Source: the human T2T-CHM13v2.0 reference genome, Homo sapiens
Length of the DNA stretch: 64,000 nt
Reading direction: 5' to 3' (one strand)
Assembly (NCBI RefSeq): GCF_009914755.1
Contig: NC_060942.1
Below, piece after piece: positions 1 to 13,629 of the stretch (its first letter is position 1; the number at the start of each line of letters is the position of its first letter). The notes below the pieces were generated by a model. It was not told the origin of the DNA. It did not search any database and saw nothing but the letters and a program-made list of their open reading frames with translations. Made by a program: the position numbers and the translations under genes.

Positions 1-180
1 CATTAGATCTCTCCGTCTCCCAGCTGTCAGAAATTAATTTGGACTTCTGGAATTGGCAGGGACAAATCTTTCCTCTCCCAATAAAAAGAGAGCCAGTTGA
101 TATTACATTTTTGAGCTTGAAGGAAATGTGATACTATATTAATCATCATATTGAAAACAAACAAGTTTTCCATTTAAATG

Positions 181-344
181 ATTGAATTTCACTAAGCTAG
201 TAAGCTGAAGCTAATTCTCACCAAATACCAAATCCTTCAGCTACCCTGCACACCCAGTGTAGATAAGTACTAACTGCTCACCTGGAAAGGACGTTCCTTT
301 CTTTCACGCATAATGTAAGAACATTCAAGTCATTGTCCAATAAG
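181..344 (+). repeat. Local direct duplication, copy 1 (copy 2 at 1236-1379)
   Basis: attgaatttcactaagctagtaagctgaa...ctggaaaggacgttcctttctttcac...caagtcattgtccaataag recurs with a few substitutions and indels at 1236-1379. Confidence 0.93.
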
Positions 345-699
345 TTTACTTTTAAAGATCACTATAAATCTTAAGCGGTACACTTTATGGAATATATTCA
401 AAACCTAGAAAATGATTCCTGGCAAACATATAAGAGCTAAGTACACTTGTTTTGATTTAGGAAATGCATTATCCAACCCTGAAGAAACTGTTCCTGTAAT
501 TGTTTTGATTTTTGGATTCTTTGTTTAAAAGTTGAATAAAATAAAATTGCAAATGAGACAAATCTCTTAAATATTTATTTTCATAGCTAAATACTGCTTA
601 AATACATCGAATTCACGTTAATAAAAATTCTGCTGTTCAGGATGTTGTTAAAAACATATATTTTAATTTCATCAAGTATAGGTATAACTATCAACAAGA

Positions 700-1132
700 T
701 TAGTGTATATATATACATACACACAGTATATATTATATATGCACTATTAGTATTTATATGCTAATTTTGTTGATTCAATAACTCACCAACCACAGTTAGT
801 ATATACATATATATTCAATAAATCACTAACATATATGTTATATATAGGTTATATTATATACATAACATATATGTTAGTATACACGTTAGTATTCATGTGA
901 GTATATACATATATACATAAGTTAGTATATATACATTAGTATATACATATATATTCAATAGCTCACTAACATATGTTATATATATTATATATGTAACATA
1001 TAGATGTTACATATATAACATATATAACATCTAGATGTTACATATTATATATAACATACAGATGTTACATATAATATATATAACATACAGATGTTATATA
1101 TAATATATATAACATACAGATGTTATATATTT
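700..1132. repeat. AT-rich low-complexity/minisatellite with palindromic units
   Basis: (TA)-rich tract with ~30-bp units containing taacat(ac/ct)agatgtta; taacatctagatgtta is a perfect palindrome; ~50-bp direct repeat at ~796-845 and ~936-985. Confidence 0.85.
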
Positions 1133-1134
1133 TA

Positions 1135-1288
1135 GGTATTTGGTAAGACTTAGTTTCAGCTTACTATCTTAGTGTAATTCAGTAACTCACTAATAGTGAG
1201 TTGATAATTAATGATAATTAAGCTAACAGTGAGTTATTGAATGTCACTAAGATAGTAAGCTGAAATTAAGTCTCACCAAATAAATACC
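1135..1288. repeat. Inverted repeat (arms ~1135-1191 and ~1228-1288)
   Basis: Reverse complement of 1135-1191 (agtgagttactgaattacactaagatagtaagctgaaactaagtcttaccaaatacc) matches 1228-1288 (agtgagttattgaatgtcactaagatagtaagctgaaattaagtctcaccaaataaatacc). Confidence 0.93.
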
Positions 1289-1379
1289 TTATCCGCACCC
1301 TATACTAACTGCTCAACTGGAAAGGACGTTCCTTTCTTTCACACATAATGTAAGATAATTCAAGTCATTGTCCAATAAG
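1236..1379 (+). repeat. Local direct duplication, copy 2
   Basis: Aligns to 181-344 with a shorter middle segment. Confidence 0.93.
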
Positions 1380-1721
1380 GACAACACCTATACCAGATTC
1401 AGATTTATATATATATATGTATGGATGAGAACATCATTTATTAAAAACTAGTATTATGTAATCTTCCAGGTTCTTTGTCACAAGACAAATTGGACTTATT
1501 TACTTCTTCATTTTGGAAAATGTAACTATTTCTAACCTTTTCTCTTAGGTTTGTTTTCTTTATCATCTTATCTATGATATCAGTTGGAAAGATGTAGATA
1601 AATGTCTAGCTCTGGATCCAGAATGAAAGGGATAACAGCTGGTTCTAAAGGCTTTCTCTAGCCTCAGGAAAACCTGAGGCTTTGAGCTTTGATATATTTT
1701 CTTTCTAATATGAATTCAAGA

Positions 1722-2199
1722 TGTTATCAGGAGCATACCTATACCAGATCCAAGATCAGTGAAACTCAGGCCAAGAACATACACCTGCTTTGTGGTGGGG
1801 AGCGTTTATTAAGGACTGAGAATCAACACTGAGACACAGCTGTCCTGGAGGATGGTGGGGATGGGGGATGTCTTCCGCATCCCAGGGATTGTGAGGAAGG
1901 CCCCTTGTGCACACCTGTGGAGTTTAAACCTTCAAGGGACTCCAGAACTCTGAGCTGAAATCATAGGCACAGACTCAGCCTCATCTTTCATGACTGAGTA
2001 CATACCAAAATCAGGATGATTTGGACATCAGATCGTAGGCCTAGGAGTCAGAAGAGTCCTGCTGTGATGATTCAGGATAGGCTGTAGTGTTTACTGTTCT
2101 CCATGCTGCCTTAAAAGTAAATATATTTGGTGCTGAATATAGCCCATTGTGCCTTATCCATGTGGTTATAAATCTGAATCCAAGATCACTGTGAATACA
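1722..2199 (-). mobile_element. Possible old solo LTR (family not identified)
   Basis: More GC-rich than flanks, begins tgttatc, has tttatt (AATAAA on minus strand) ~85 bp in; right boundary uncertain. Confidence 0.3.
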
Positions 2200-3288
2200 G
2201 TAAAATTGGTATTCCAAGAAGGCTAATATTCTTTATTCCTATATATTGGAATATTTACCTTATATTTTCTTACCTTATTTAAATTTCTGTTGATACTGTG
2301 ACTCTTCATCAAATAAACACCACTCACCTCCTTCTCCAACACACTCACATAAAACCACACCCATTCATGCCCATGCTCTGAAACTCCAATATAACTTTGG
2401 GTTGACAAGAAAGAGAATGTATCCTGAGCTTCATTCAAATGTGTTTAGTCATCAGTATTATTGGAGAGCATGGCAGCTTTCAAAATTTAATGGACTTCAC
2501 AAATCATCAGAAGTTACAAGTCCAGACACAAGGCCACATCCCCCCACCTCTTACTGAATGGATTATAGAGGAGGACAAGAAAGTTCTTTTCTAACAAGCA
2601 TTTCCTGTGATTCTGATATTCTCAAAATGCATACATTTCCATTATTTTTCATCTTCTAGTTTTATTCTCTTTATGTGGAAAACTTAAAGATTGGGGGGGA
2701 ACACCCATGAGATAATCTCTCTGTATATTACTATTTCCTAAGAGGTACACTGGGATTTCTTGATGTGACATAAAGATGGTTTTTATATATGTGGATTTTA
2801 TTACTCCTCTTTCAATTTTTGACCTTTGGGATGAAATGTGGCTGATAACAACTATGGTAAGTAAACACAGTTTATCATTTCTCAGGTAATTGCATGTACT
2901 AGAAACCTACAAGACTTTAGAAACAAATATTTAAGCCTCCTGTCTCATGGGAAATATTAAAGGTCTTATTACCTGGTGCAATTGGTGGGAAGGGAATTAC
3001 AATATGTATGTTTTGTTTGCTCTCAGAAGCAGCAGCAGATAAAATTCGCCGGCATAAAATGAGGTAGCTGAACAGAGACCACCGACTGGTACAAAGTATG
3101 CTGCTATGGTGCATGTCAACAAAGAGGCCGTTCCCCAGCACCATGGCTAAAATTATAAACCAGCTACATCATTCCAAATAACATGTAAAGACTTAGAGGG
3201 AATATTATTCCTAAGTTTTATACATACAATCAAAGAAATAATTCAGAATGGCTGATGGAAACCGTTGAATAATGTAAAGTGTAACATA

Positions 3289-4107
3289 GTGTTATGAGCC
3301 ATATAACTATGCTTTGGTCAATGACAGACCACACGTACAATGGTGTCTTAGATTATAATGGAACTAAAAAATTCCTGTCACCTACTGATGTATTGATGAT
3401 CCTTAACCTACTAGGTGAATGTGTATGTTTCTGTCTTAGTTTCTAACCAAAAAAATTTAAAAAGTAAAAAGTCGAAAATAGAAAAAATCTTACACAATAT
3501 GGATGTAAAGAAGAAAACATTTTTACACAACTGTACAATGTATTTTTGCTTTAATCTAAATGTTAATACAAAAGAGTCAAAAAGTTAAAGAAATAAAAGT
3601 TTATAAGGTAAAAATTTTACAGTAAGCTAATGTTGATTTATTGTTGAAGAAAGACTTGTTTTATATTAATTTGGGATAACCTAAGTGTACAGTGTTTATA
3701 AAGCCTACAGTAGTATATAGTAATGTCCTAGGCTTCACATTCATTCACCACTTACTCACTGACTCACCCAGAGCAACTTTCAGGCCTATAAGCTCCATTC
3801 ATGGTAAGTGCCATATACAGGTGTGTCATATTTTATCTCTTATAACATATTTGATAGTATATTTTCTATGTTTAGATATGATACACAAATACTTACCACT
3901 ATGTTGCAATGGCCTACAGTATTCAATATAGTTGCATGCTGTACAGGTTTGTAGCCCAGGAGTGATAGGTGGTACCATACAGCCTAGGTGTGTAGTAGGC
4001 TATGCCATCTAGCTTATTGTCAGTACACTCTAGGATGTTTGCACAATGACTAAATAACCTAAGTACTCATTGCTCAGAATGTATCCCTGTTAAGCGACAC
4101 TTGCTTG
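3289..4107 (+). mobile_element. Tigger3 (Golem/MER7B-type) non-autonomous Tc1/mariner DNA transposon
   Basis: 5' end gttatgagccatataac...ggtcaatgacagaccacacgtac...gattataatggaactaaaaaattcct and 3' end gtacactctaggatgtttgcacaatgac...ctcagaatgtatccctgttaagcgacac match recalled Tigger3 termini. Confidence 0.88.
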
Positions 4108-4424
4108 CAATAACAAACTCCAATATTCAGTGCTTTTTATATAAATTGATAATAATTCAGCTTTTATCTTTTATAAGCATGTTGTTTTGATTGTTTCTTT
4201 GCAGACTCTTTTGGCATCATGCAAGTATGTTAAATATACCTGAATCTCATTATCTGTCTGTGCAAGAAAAGAGATTTGCAGTGAAGAGTATTATTGGGAA
4301 ACAACAGGAGAGGCAAACAAAAATTAGTTGTGTGAATAAAGGAAAGAATAGCTAAGTTCTTGATCAAGTAGATAGTCTACCCTCAACTTTAAACAACATC
4401 ATGTTAAACAATTACATTCTTGGG

Positions 4425-4565
4425 AAACACAGAGAGTAGATGTTTTATCCTCACCACAAAAATAATCACAAGGTGAGGTAATGCATTTGTTAATTATCTA
4501 AACACTCCACAGTGTATATATCCTTCAAAACTTTGTGTTGTACATGATAAATACAAACAAAAATT
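4425..4565 (+). mobile_element. L1MA-type 3' end fragment
   Basis: gtagatg...ctcaccacaaaaata...gtgaggtaatgcatttgttaatta...ttcaaaac...tgttgtacatgataaatac resembles the L1MA 3' terminus. Confidence 0.75.
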
Positions 4566-4709
4566 GTGTTGAAGAACTAAAAGTATTTTCTTCTTTTTCT
4601 GGGACACAGTATTATTTTCTGTGAAATCTATTGTTGTACAGGAAATACCCACAGTCCCGAGTTACAATTGGAAATCACTGGGGAGAAAGATAAGGGGACG
4701 ATGGATATA

Positions 4710-4940
4710 ATTTATTGAACATTTATATATGATTATATTATAATGTGAATATATTGAGTGCATGTGTGAATGTGTATGTAGACACCTCCATACACATCTA
4801 ACTCTCCAAACAACCCTGGAGGTAGGCATTAATCTTTATAGGTGAGAAATTTAGGGTTTAGGATACTTAAATAACTTGCTTGTGGTTACTCGGCTACTAA
4901 GTGCTGAACTGGGTTTAAAACCAGGTCTGTGTTGCTCCAC
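4710..4940 (-). mobile_element. MIR SINE
   Basis: caaccctggaggtagg...ggtgagaaat...aacttgcttgtggttactcggctactaagtg...ccaggtctgt is an antisense MIR core. Confidence 0.7.
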
Positions 4941-4969
4941 ACCCATTTTTTGCTCTTCCCACATATAAA

Positions 4970-5458
4970 TGTTACTGAAGCACCAGGGGTTCAGTTTAGG
5001 CCCTGCTGCTTGCTTTACAGAAAGCCAATCACTGGGAAAATGAGTATTGGCAAGAAAGAGGGTTTTAATTGGGTGTTGTAGCCGAGGAGGTGGGAGATCA
5101 GTATCAAATCCATCTCCCTGAGTAAAATGAGGGGTTTATATAGCAGGGAAGAAATATAACCATATGTGGCAAAACAGGATTTAAGGAGGCATAAGCAAGA
5201 GGAGTTGGTCAACAGGAAGCCGGTGCTCATGCAGGCAATTGTGGTGGGTGAAGGGTTTGGCATCTCATTGAATGCAATGATCTGGTAAGTTTCAGTTCCT
5301 TGATTCTGTCTGCAAGCCTTGATGATTGGTTTCCTGACAAAGGAACTCAAATAATACAAATGTAACTTTCTTAAGTTTTAAAACTGGGTGGATCAATTAT
5401 TATGTTTATTCAAAGAAATAATAAACATTAGCTCAATGGGACAATTGGACCGGTTTCA
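4970..5458 (-). mobile_element. ERV1 (MER4-group) solo LTR, LTR54-like
   Basis: Termini tgttactgaagcaccaggggttc...gggacaattggaccggtttca (TG...CA); TATA on minus strand (gtttatatagcag); near-TSD taaa/taag; subfamily name tentative. Confidence 0.8.
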
Positions 5459-7729
5459 TAAGCACAGATGGCCTAAGCCTCATTATTGGCAAAGAAATCC
5501 AAAAAACACCACCAGACAGACATAAAACCATATTATTATTGAAGATCCAAATGATGCCTTAAAGTTAGATCCCATTAAATGAGATAAATTCAACGAGTTT
5601 CTCTTCTTTGGCAGAAAGGTAAATAAAATAATTAAAATAAAGTGCTCAGTGGAAAATAAGTTGTTCCCTCCAATGCCTTGGAAAATTAAGACACATGTAA
5701 ACAAATAACTTCAATTCCATATTTAATAATGCAAGTAAGCATTCTGGGGTGCAGAGGGATGAAAAATCTAAAAATTGGCTGTGTTTGCCAAGGAAGAATT
5801 TACAGGGGAGGTATCCTTTTGGTGGGTATTCAAGACAAGGTAGGGATTTGTTAGTTGTAGAAAGAGAGAAGTTGTTTCCTTGCCTACACAAGAAAAATGA
5901 CATTCTTTATTGACACCAGAAAGGATGAAAAATTGTGCATAATCTGAGGACACATTCATTTTTATAATCATTTAAATGACCCTACATTTCTAGAGAATTC
6001 TGTAACTTGTGAACCATGAAAGTTTAATGATTAACAGTTCACTGGAATGTATTAATTTACATCTCCAAAGTGGGGAAGAGGTGATTCTTTTTCATTTATC
6101 AACTTCCTCCCTCTAAATGGACCTCAGCCTTGCAGAAAGGGCTTCATGGCTTTTTCCTTTCTCTTACTGATCCATGTTGGCTGATACTGAATTTAGGGAG
6201 ACTCAAGATAGATTAATTAAATTAACTGAGCCCTTTGCAAAGTCACATTGGGGGCAATTTAATATATTTTTTATTTTCTGTTTAGCTGGTTGAGAAAGAA
6301 AATTCAGGCTCAACAGTATAAAATACTGTTTTAATTAAATCCAAAGAGGAATGTAGCCTTGGTTTCTTGCTTAACTTCCTTAATTATGTAAATTAATTTT
6401 AAAAGTGATAGTAACTTTGTTTTATGAAAGTGAATATATTTTTGCAAAATTATTTTACACTGCCCATCAGGAGAAACGTCACAAGTCAAATTTTGCTTTA
6501 TTCATTTCTTTTGATCAGTAAATAAAATCTCAAAGTAAGACTAGGTCATTTTCAGGAACTTCTTGAATTAAAAATAATCAGAAATAAATTTAAATCCCAA
6601 AGTGTTAAACAATTTTTCAAAACAAGAAAGAGCAAAAAGAGCACAAAGAGCACAACCCCATAGCTATGTATCCAAATACATTTCTGAAAAAATATTTGAG
6701 CGTACATTGAGGCAAATGCTATAGTTGGCTCTACCTCTTTCCTAATATATATGTGAGTGTATATATATATATATATGTATATATATAATTTTATTAAATT
6801 AACAAAAATCAATAATAAATAACTGGATTGCTTTCAATTCTAAACACCTTTTCATCTCTTCAGCTGTCTAAATAAAGTATTACTGAAATTGCCTTTCTCA
6901 AAATATAAGTGAGTGGCTTCTATTCTTTGGCAACATATTCTTTCTCATCCCCACATATAATGAAGAAATATAGAACTATATGCCTCATAAGTTGCAAAAT
7001 TTTAACTAGTTTTATAGTTTCTATATATAAAATGGACTTAATTACTGTTTAAATCATCATGAATCTGGAACAATTTCACTACGCCAAAAAATGTGATCGA
7101 ACGAAAATATTTGCTGTGATATATCTGTAGACACCATAGTCAGCCTAACTGAACAAAATCAGTAAGGTTTGCTATTGGTGTAGACATTATACAGGACATC
7201 TAATCAGTGTATTAAGGAACTGAAAGTGATACATTGAAAAAGATTAATGAATAGAAGAAAGAGATAGGGAAAGCAAGAGAGAAAAAATATGTTTCAGACA
7301 AAAAATGTGCACACTTACATATTTGAATATTCTTTCTCCTCTCTGTCTCTCTCTCCTATATATGTAAATAGCAAATATATACATTTCTGTCCTTTATTAT
7401 CATTTTGCACATTTAGGCTGCATTGTGGGAATAGTGCGTGAGTTTGATGATTAATTAGTTATATTTATGAAATTCACCGTTCACTAGATAAATGTTGGTA
7501 GATAGATACACACGCTGCTTGAACATGTCAATATGAACACAGTTTGAGATAATGGATTTCCAACTCACAGTTGTGAATTTCTCACACTTTCAGCAATTTT
7601 ACCCACTATTTAATATTGACATTTATAATAGAGTCCTGTCAAAAGAAAGCATATGTAAAATTAGTTTTATTTCAACTTTCTATGAAATGGTGAAAGATCA
7701 GGATTTGGCATGTAGTTTAACAGCCTGTT

Positions 7730-7920
7730 TGGTGGAAAAAATATGAACCTCAGGGTCCTATCTAGATTGAATATTTGCTTCATCACTTTGAACTCACATA
7801 ACCTAGAGAAAGTTGCTTAACTACTCTGAAATACAGCATTCATATCAATAAAAAGGGGATATCATGTATGAGATGTTACCTCACACTCTATAAATATTAG
7901 TTAATTTTGAGTCCTTAGAA
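7730..7920 (+). mobile_element. MIR SINE (degenerate)
   Basis: acctagagaaagttgcttaactactctgaaatacagc...aaaaggggata...acctcac resembles the MIR core. Confidence 0.6.
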
Positions 7921-8784
7921 CTGCTTATTTTTGTGTTGAATACACATATATGTATATATACACACATATTTATGTATATGTACACATACATATATATAAA
8001 ACCAATGATACGAAAGTTTCACATTAAAAGAGAGATATATAGATATAAAATCACTACAGTAACACATATGAGTTTAATTTTTTTTATGTTTACATCGTTC
8101 CACTGTTGGGAGTGAGAAATTATCTAATTAACATAGTCTGAGGAGATAGTCATAGCATACCATGAGAAACAAAATGTAAGTTTTACATCGTCTTGTTTAT
8201 ATTACTAAAAAAGGAACAATGACAAAAATACTTGTTAAAGAGTGGTTTTCTTACTCTTTCACTGTCAATTACATCTACAAATTCTCCTTTAGGATTGAAT
8301 TTATTACTTTACTGTTGTGAAGTACATTTGCCTTAATATGTCTCCAATTTTCTATCTTGTCTATTATATATGTTGTTATCAGATTAGGCACCTGTGGCTC
8401 AGGGTCATTATCTTCATGAGGAGGATTCACCTCTGTAACAATGGGAAATTGTGGGACTGAATGCAGAAAAAGTGAGGAAGAGTCCCTAAGATTATATGTT
8501 AAATTTCAATATTTCTTGCACAGAATAACTTTCTGAGTGTTCATAATATAATATTCTTATCATTACCATTGACTACATTCCAAGGCACAATCTGGTACTA
8601 AGATCAATTAAAGGAATCACAATTTATTTTCTGAAGTATATATAGTTAAAAATTATTTCTTCTTATAAAACAAGGCTACAAAAATTGCTCAATCCAATAC
8701 ATTCTGTCACATATTTTCCATACTTTTCTCGTACCAATGAGAAGTTAAAGTTATGATAGGTTGGATATCTAAACTTCCCATAGA

Positions 8785-9088
8785 GGCTGGGAGCAAAGCC
8801 TCATGCCTGTAATCCCAGAAGTTTGGGAGACCAAGGCAGGAGGATTGCTTGAGGCCAGGAGTTTGAGATCAGCCTGGTCAACAGAGTGAAACCCAGTCTC
8901 TACAAAAAATGTATTCATTGGTGTGGTGATACACACCAGTAGTCCGAGGTACACAAGAGCCTCAGGTAAGGGGGTTGCTTCAGTCCTGGAGTTTGAGGCT
9001 GTAGTGAGTCACCACTGTGTCACTACATTCCAGCTTGGGTCACAGAAAGAGAACCTGTCTCAAAGAATTAAATACATAAAAATGAATA
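8785..9088 (+). mobile_element. AluJ (old, heavily diverged)
   Basis: Dimeric Alu with ggaggattgcttgaggccaggagtttgag (J-type); TSD aaacttccca on both sides. Confidence 0.92.
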
Positions 9089-10211
9089 AACTTCCCAAAA
9101 GCCAAAAAATGGTGTTTATCGAAGTAACATCTTCCTATAAAATTGTAACCAACACAATTTTTTCTCATTCTAAAAAATTTCCACTCAAAACTAGGCACGT
9201 CAGTGTATCTCAAAGCCATGTTAATAAATCTAAAAGATATATGGGGCATGTTTGTACGTCTTTTTTTCTGGAAAACGCTGATGCCATCAATCTAGCAAAA
9301 GAATTTCATTTTCATAAATTCATATCAATTTATCTGCTTAATGTACTGAAAATCTAGTTATATGAACATAGTCAATTAAAAATTATTCACATTTTTTAGA
9401 TTTACATTTTTAAAAAGTGAACTTTATATTTTCACATTTGCCAAAAGTTCTCTTACCAATATCTTGTGAGTAGTTAGAAAATAATAAAACTAGAGAAACT
9501 AAAACTATATTAGAGTTATAATTGCATATAAATATATAAATATGAAAAAAGATTGTTATAAAGTGGCAGAAACATCCTTGAGTATAAACTTGTGCAAACA
9601 ATGCTACAATTCCACTCCTGAGGGGACATAGATTGTTTTAAAACCATTTATAAATTTAATTCCAGAATGACGATATCTAGGGAAGTATATATTTTTATCT
9701 ACTTTTATTATACAAAATGTGTAAGAGAACAAATAGTGGTGAAATGTTAAGTTCTCAATTTTCATAATGAAGTAGTTTAAGATGCATTCTGAACGTCAAC
9801 AAGTAAAAGGTTTCAACACTTTTATTTAACCATTTAAGTAGCATACATTTTCAATGCTAAACAGAAGGCCATGGAAAATCAACACTAGTATATTATTTGT
9901 GCTTAAGTATTAATTGCTTGAGGATGTAAAAAGTTAAAATTCTTTATTTTTACACTAACCAACTGAAGTGGAAAATTGAGATAATTCCCACATGCAGAAA
10001 TCACATTTGCTTCAATTATGTGGATACTTCAGATGAAAATAATCTTTATAATTACCTACATCATTCAACTTTATATCTTGATGCAACTTTGGTATGCTGG
10101 TTCCAATGATGGGGAATTTTTTTTTAATAGAATATATTGTACTTTATGAAGATTTATGTTCTAAAATTAAGTCTAGAAATCTTAGGTATCAAAAGACATT
10201 GGAAGAAATAA

Positions 10212-10627
<416 letters not shown>

Positions 10628-11270
10628 TTAAAGGTCATTGCTGAAGTATCTAAAGCAACCAGATCGAATTTTGGAAGTAAATATCAGCAGTTACTTGCCA
10701 GAACATGTGGTTTAAAGATTTCTTACGCAAGGCAACATGTTGCACAGCTTTACAAGGGCATAAATATAATTTAGAACACACAGTGATCTAAACCCTAACC
10801 TGATTTGCGACTGCTGACACTGTCTAAGGAGAAGAAAAAAAGCAAAAAGGTTTTCCTCAGTGATTTTAATGCTTAGTGCTAACTTTGTGAGACTGATTTT
10901 TTTTTAAGTTTAGCCTGTTTTATAAAGAAGGTTTTCCTCCATTATTGTCCAAATTTTTCTGCATTACATTTCAAGAGCATTAATCTTTGAGACACATTTT
11001 TGGCTATTTAACTTTTCAATTTTTGGCCCTAGCTGGGATAAAGGACATATTTCCCCCCAAATCTCAGGAGACTGGTTTACACTGATGCCCAAGAGGTTTT
11101 TTTTGTTTTGTTTTGTTTTGTTTTTTTTAAAAAATTAAGAGAAACATGTTAGCATAAGTGCTCTTTTCAAAAATATTTAGAACTTTAAGAGTTGAGAGCC
11201 TGTCTAGAAACACAATTGCCATAAGTGACATTGTGATTTGGAAGAGTGTGTTTATATATATATACAGACA

Positions 11271-11271
<1 letters not shown>

Positions 11272-11302
<31 letters not shown>
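11272..11302. repeat. (CA)n microsatellite
   Basis: About 15 uninterrupted CA units. Confidence 0.95.
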
Positions 11303-11305
<3 letters not shown>

Positions 11306-12228
11306 AATAGACTGTGCTATACAATAAATGTTAGTATATCAATCAAGTCTCCAAAGAGAATTGCATTATTAAGATTCATTAACTTTGTAACAGATAACTT
11401 AATCGTACAAATAACCCAAAGCTATGTAATTAGGATGTGATTATATTCTCATTTCTTTAAGACAAGATGAACTTATAGTTAAAGCAACTGGTGCAAACGA
11501 AAAGGAAAATGTGAAATGAGGTTATACATCAAACATTAAATACTTATTCTCCTTTGTTACTAACTGTAAAGGGATTGTTCAATTATCTGCGTTACATAAC
11601 AATTTTCTATTAAATGGCTATGTGAAATTAAGCCCTCAATAGTTTCTTCTCTCATTATAGTCAAAATGTTCCACATTATTTGGGGATGACAGGACTGGTT
11701 CCTTGTTGCTTTAGTTATGTTGAATATAAATTCAACAGGCTAGAATAACTAAAATTTAAGCATTGGTGTTTATAAATGCAAATTTCCAGGGGGAGAGAGT
11801 AAGTAACCACTTAAGAAAGGCAAATTAGTCCTATTTTTTTGGTACAAAAAATTTTGAGGATGCGAACATCTGATAACAACTGATGAAAGCTTAACTCTTG
11901 TTTCCAGGCAAAGTAGTTTTTTTCATCTTTTTGATTATCTCTATACTTCAAACTACTGGGAAGGAACATCCGTATTAACAAAGTTTACTAGAAATGTAAT
12001 ATTTATTTTTAGCACATCTTTTTAGATAATTTTCCTTTCACTCAAAGTTATGCACAATTTAAAATTTTTTTGTTTTATTTTAAACAAAGTAGTTTTACAA
12101 ATACATTGACATCAGATAAATGTATCTCAACCCTGATTTATTAAATATAATATGATAGGAAGTAATATGTAAAATTACCTAACTCCTAAATCTTTATGAA
12201 TTATGGCAGCACAAATTAGTGATACTAC

Positions 12229-13145
12229 TGATAGGGATACGAGGCAGAGAAATTCTAGTTAGAAAAGGGTGGGTCCCCAAAAAATCCCACACTCAAGCCA
12301 AAAAGCCTGAAACTGTGCCAAAAGTGAGAACTTGTATCCCTGCTTTCTTGCTCAAATGTTGCCTTTTCTTAAACTACCCATGGCCTGCCCCACCCCCATC
12401 CTGTGCCTGTAAAGACCCCAGACCCAGCTTGCAGACAGGAGAAGCAGCTGGATGTCAGAGAGAAGCAGCTTGACTTCAGAGGAACAGCTTGATGGTGTAA
12501 CTTAAGAGAATCTCCAGGGGAGGATTACCTACCCACCCCCCCATCACATTTTCAGCATCCCTTCCCACTGAAAGCCACTTGGAAATAAATTCTTCAGCAT
12601 TTACCATCCTTCACTTCGTTCCTGTGACCTCATTTATCCTGGATGCCGGACAAGAGCTCAGGAGCCAGAAGTGAGGATACAAAAGGCTGTCACACTGGCC
12701 CTTTGCCCTCACTGGTGGAGGGCAGCTATCTCACACAAAAGGGCGGAGGGCCCACTGAGCTGTTAACACTTAAGCCGTCTGTGGACAGCAGAGCTAAAAG
12801 ATCACTGTAACACGCCCCTTGGGGCTTTTGGAGTCGCAGGCATCCTGACTGGACGCTGCTGTGGGTCCTGCACGGAGTTTGCTCCTGCTGGAGACCAAAA
12901 GTGCTTGTTCCGGAGCCCAAAAGTGCTTGTTCCGGCTCCTGCACCCGCTCACCTGTGCGCTCCCTTCCATGACGGGTGGAACGCAGAGGTCTGCATGAAA
13001 GGAGTTTGATCCCACCAGTGCCTAAGCGGCCAGCTGGTTCCAACACTCCAGTTCCCTTCCGCCAGGAGTTGACAGTGGCAGGCTGAGTAAACAAGGCACC
13101 CCTGTCATGAGTCCAGCAAAGGGATCAAGGAAATACTTTGCTTCA
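12229..13145 (+). mobile_element. ERV1 solo LTR of the LTR1/LTR28/MER52 group
   Basis: TG...CA termini (tgatagggatacgaggcagagaaattctag...ggaaatactttgcttca); perfect 4-bp TSD ctac; cctgtaaagaccccagac promoter-like motif; aataaa near 12584. Confidence 0.9.
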
Positions 13146-13150
13146 CTACA

Positions 13151-13437
13151 TTTTTTTTTTTTTTAGACGGAGTCTTGCTCTGTCACACAGGCTGGTGTGC
13201 AGTGGCGTGATCTTGGCTCACCGCACCCTCCACCTCCCGGGTTCAAGCAATTCTCTGCCTCAACCTCCCGAGTAGCTGTGATTACAGGTGCCTGCCACCA
13301 TGCCCGGCTAATTTTTCTATTTTTAGTAGAAATAGGGTTTCACCATGTTGGCCAGGTGTTGAACTCCTGACCTCATGATCCACCCCCCTTGGCCTCCTAA
13401 AGTGCTCAGATTACAGGCATGAGCCACGGAGCCAGCC
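13151..13437 (-). mobile_element. AluS
   Basis: Poly-T followed by antisense Alu dimer, 5 bp after the LTR end. Confidence 0.95.
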
Positions 13438-13629
13438 CACTGCCTTATTCCTAACAGAAAAGAAAAAAAAATGTGCATTATCCTCCATTACCAATGTTTT
13501 TGTAGTCTATAGCTTCTTTTAACATAGGTGAAATAACTCCATTTTTCTCATACTCATTTGAGCATATTTTAAATTTCAAATCTATGTGGGGAGTCAGACT
13601 TTCCACAACTTTTATGCCTGTCTCCCTTC

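Noticed and set aside
6552-8115. IYIYIY/THTH-type ORFs
   Set aside because: Translations of (TA)n/(CA)n microsatellites
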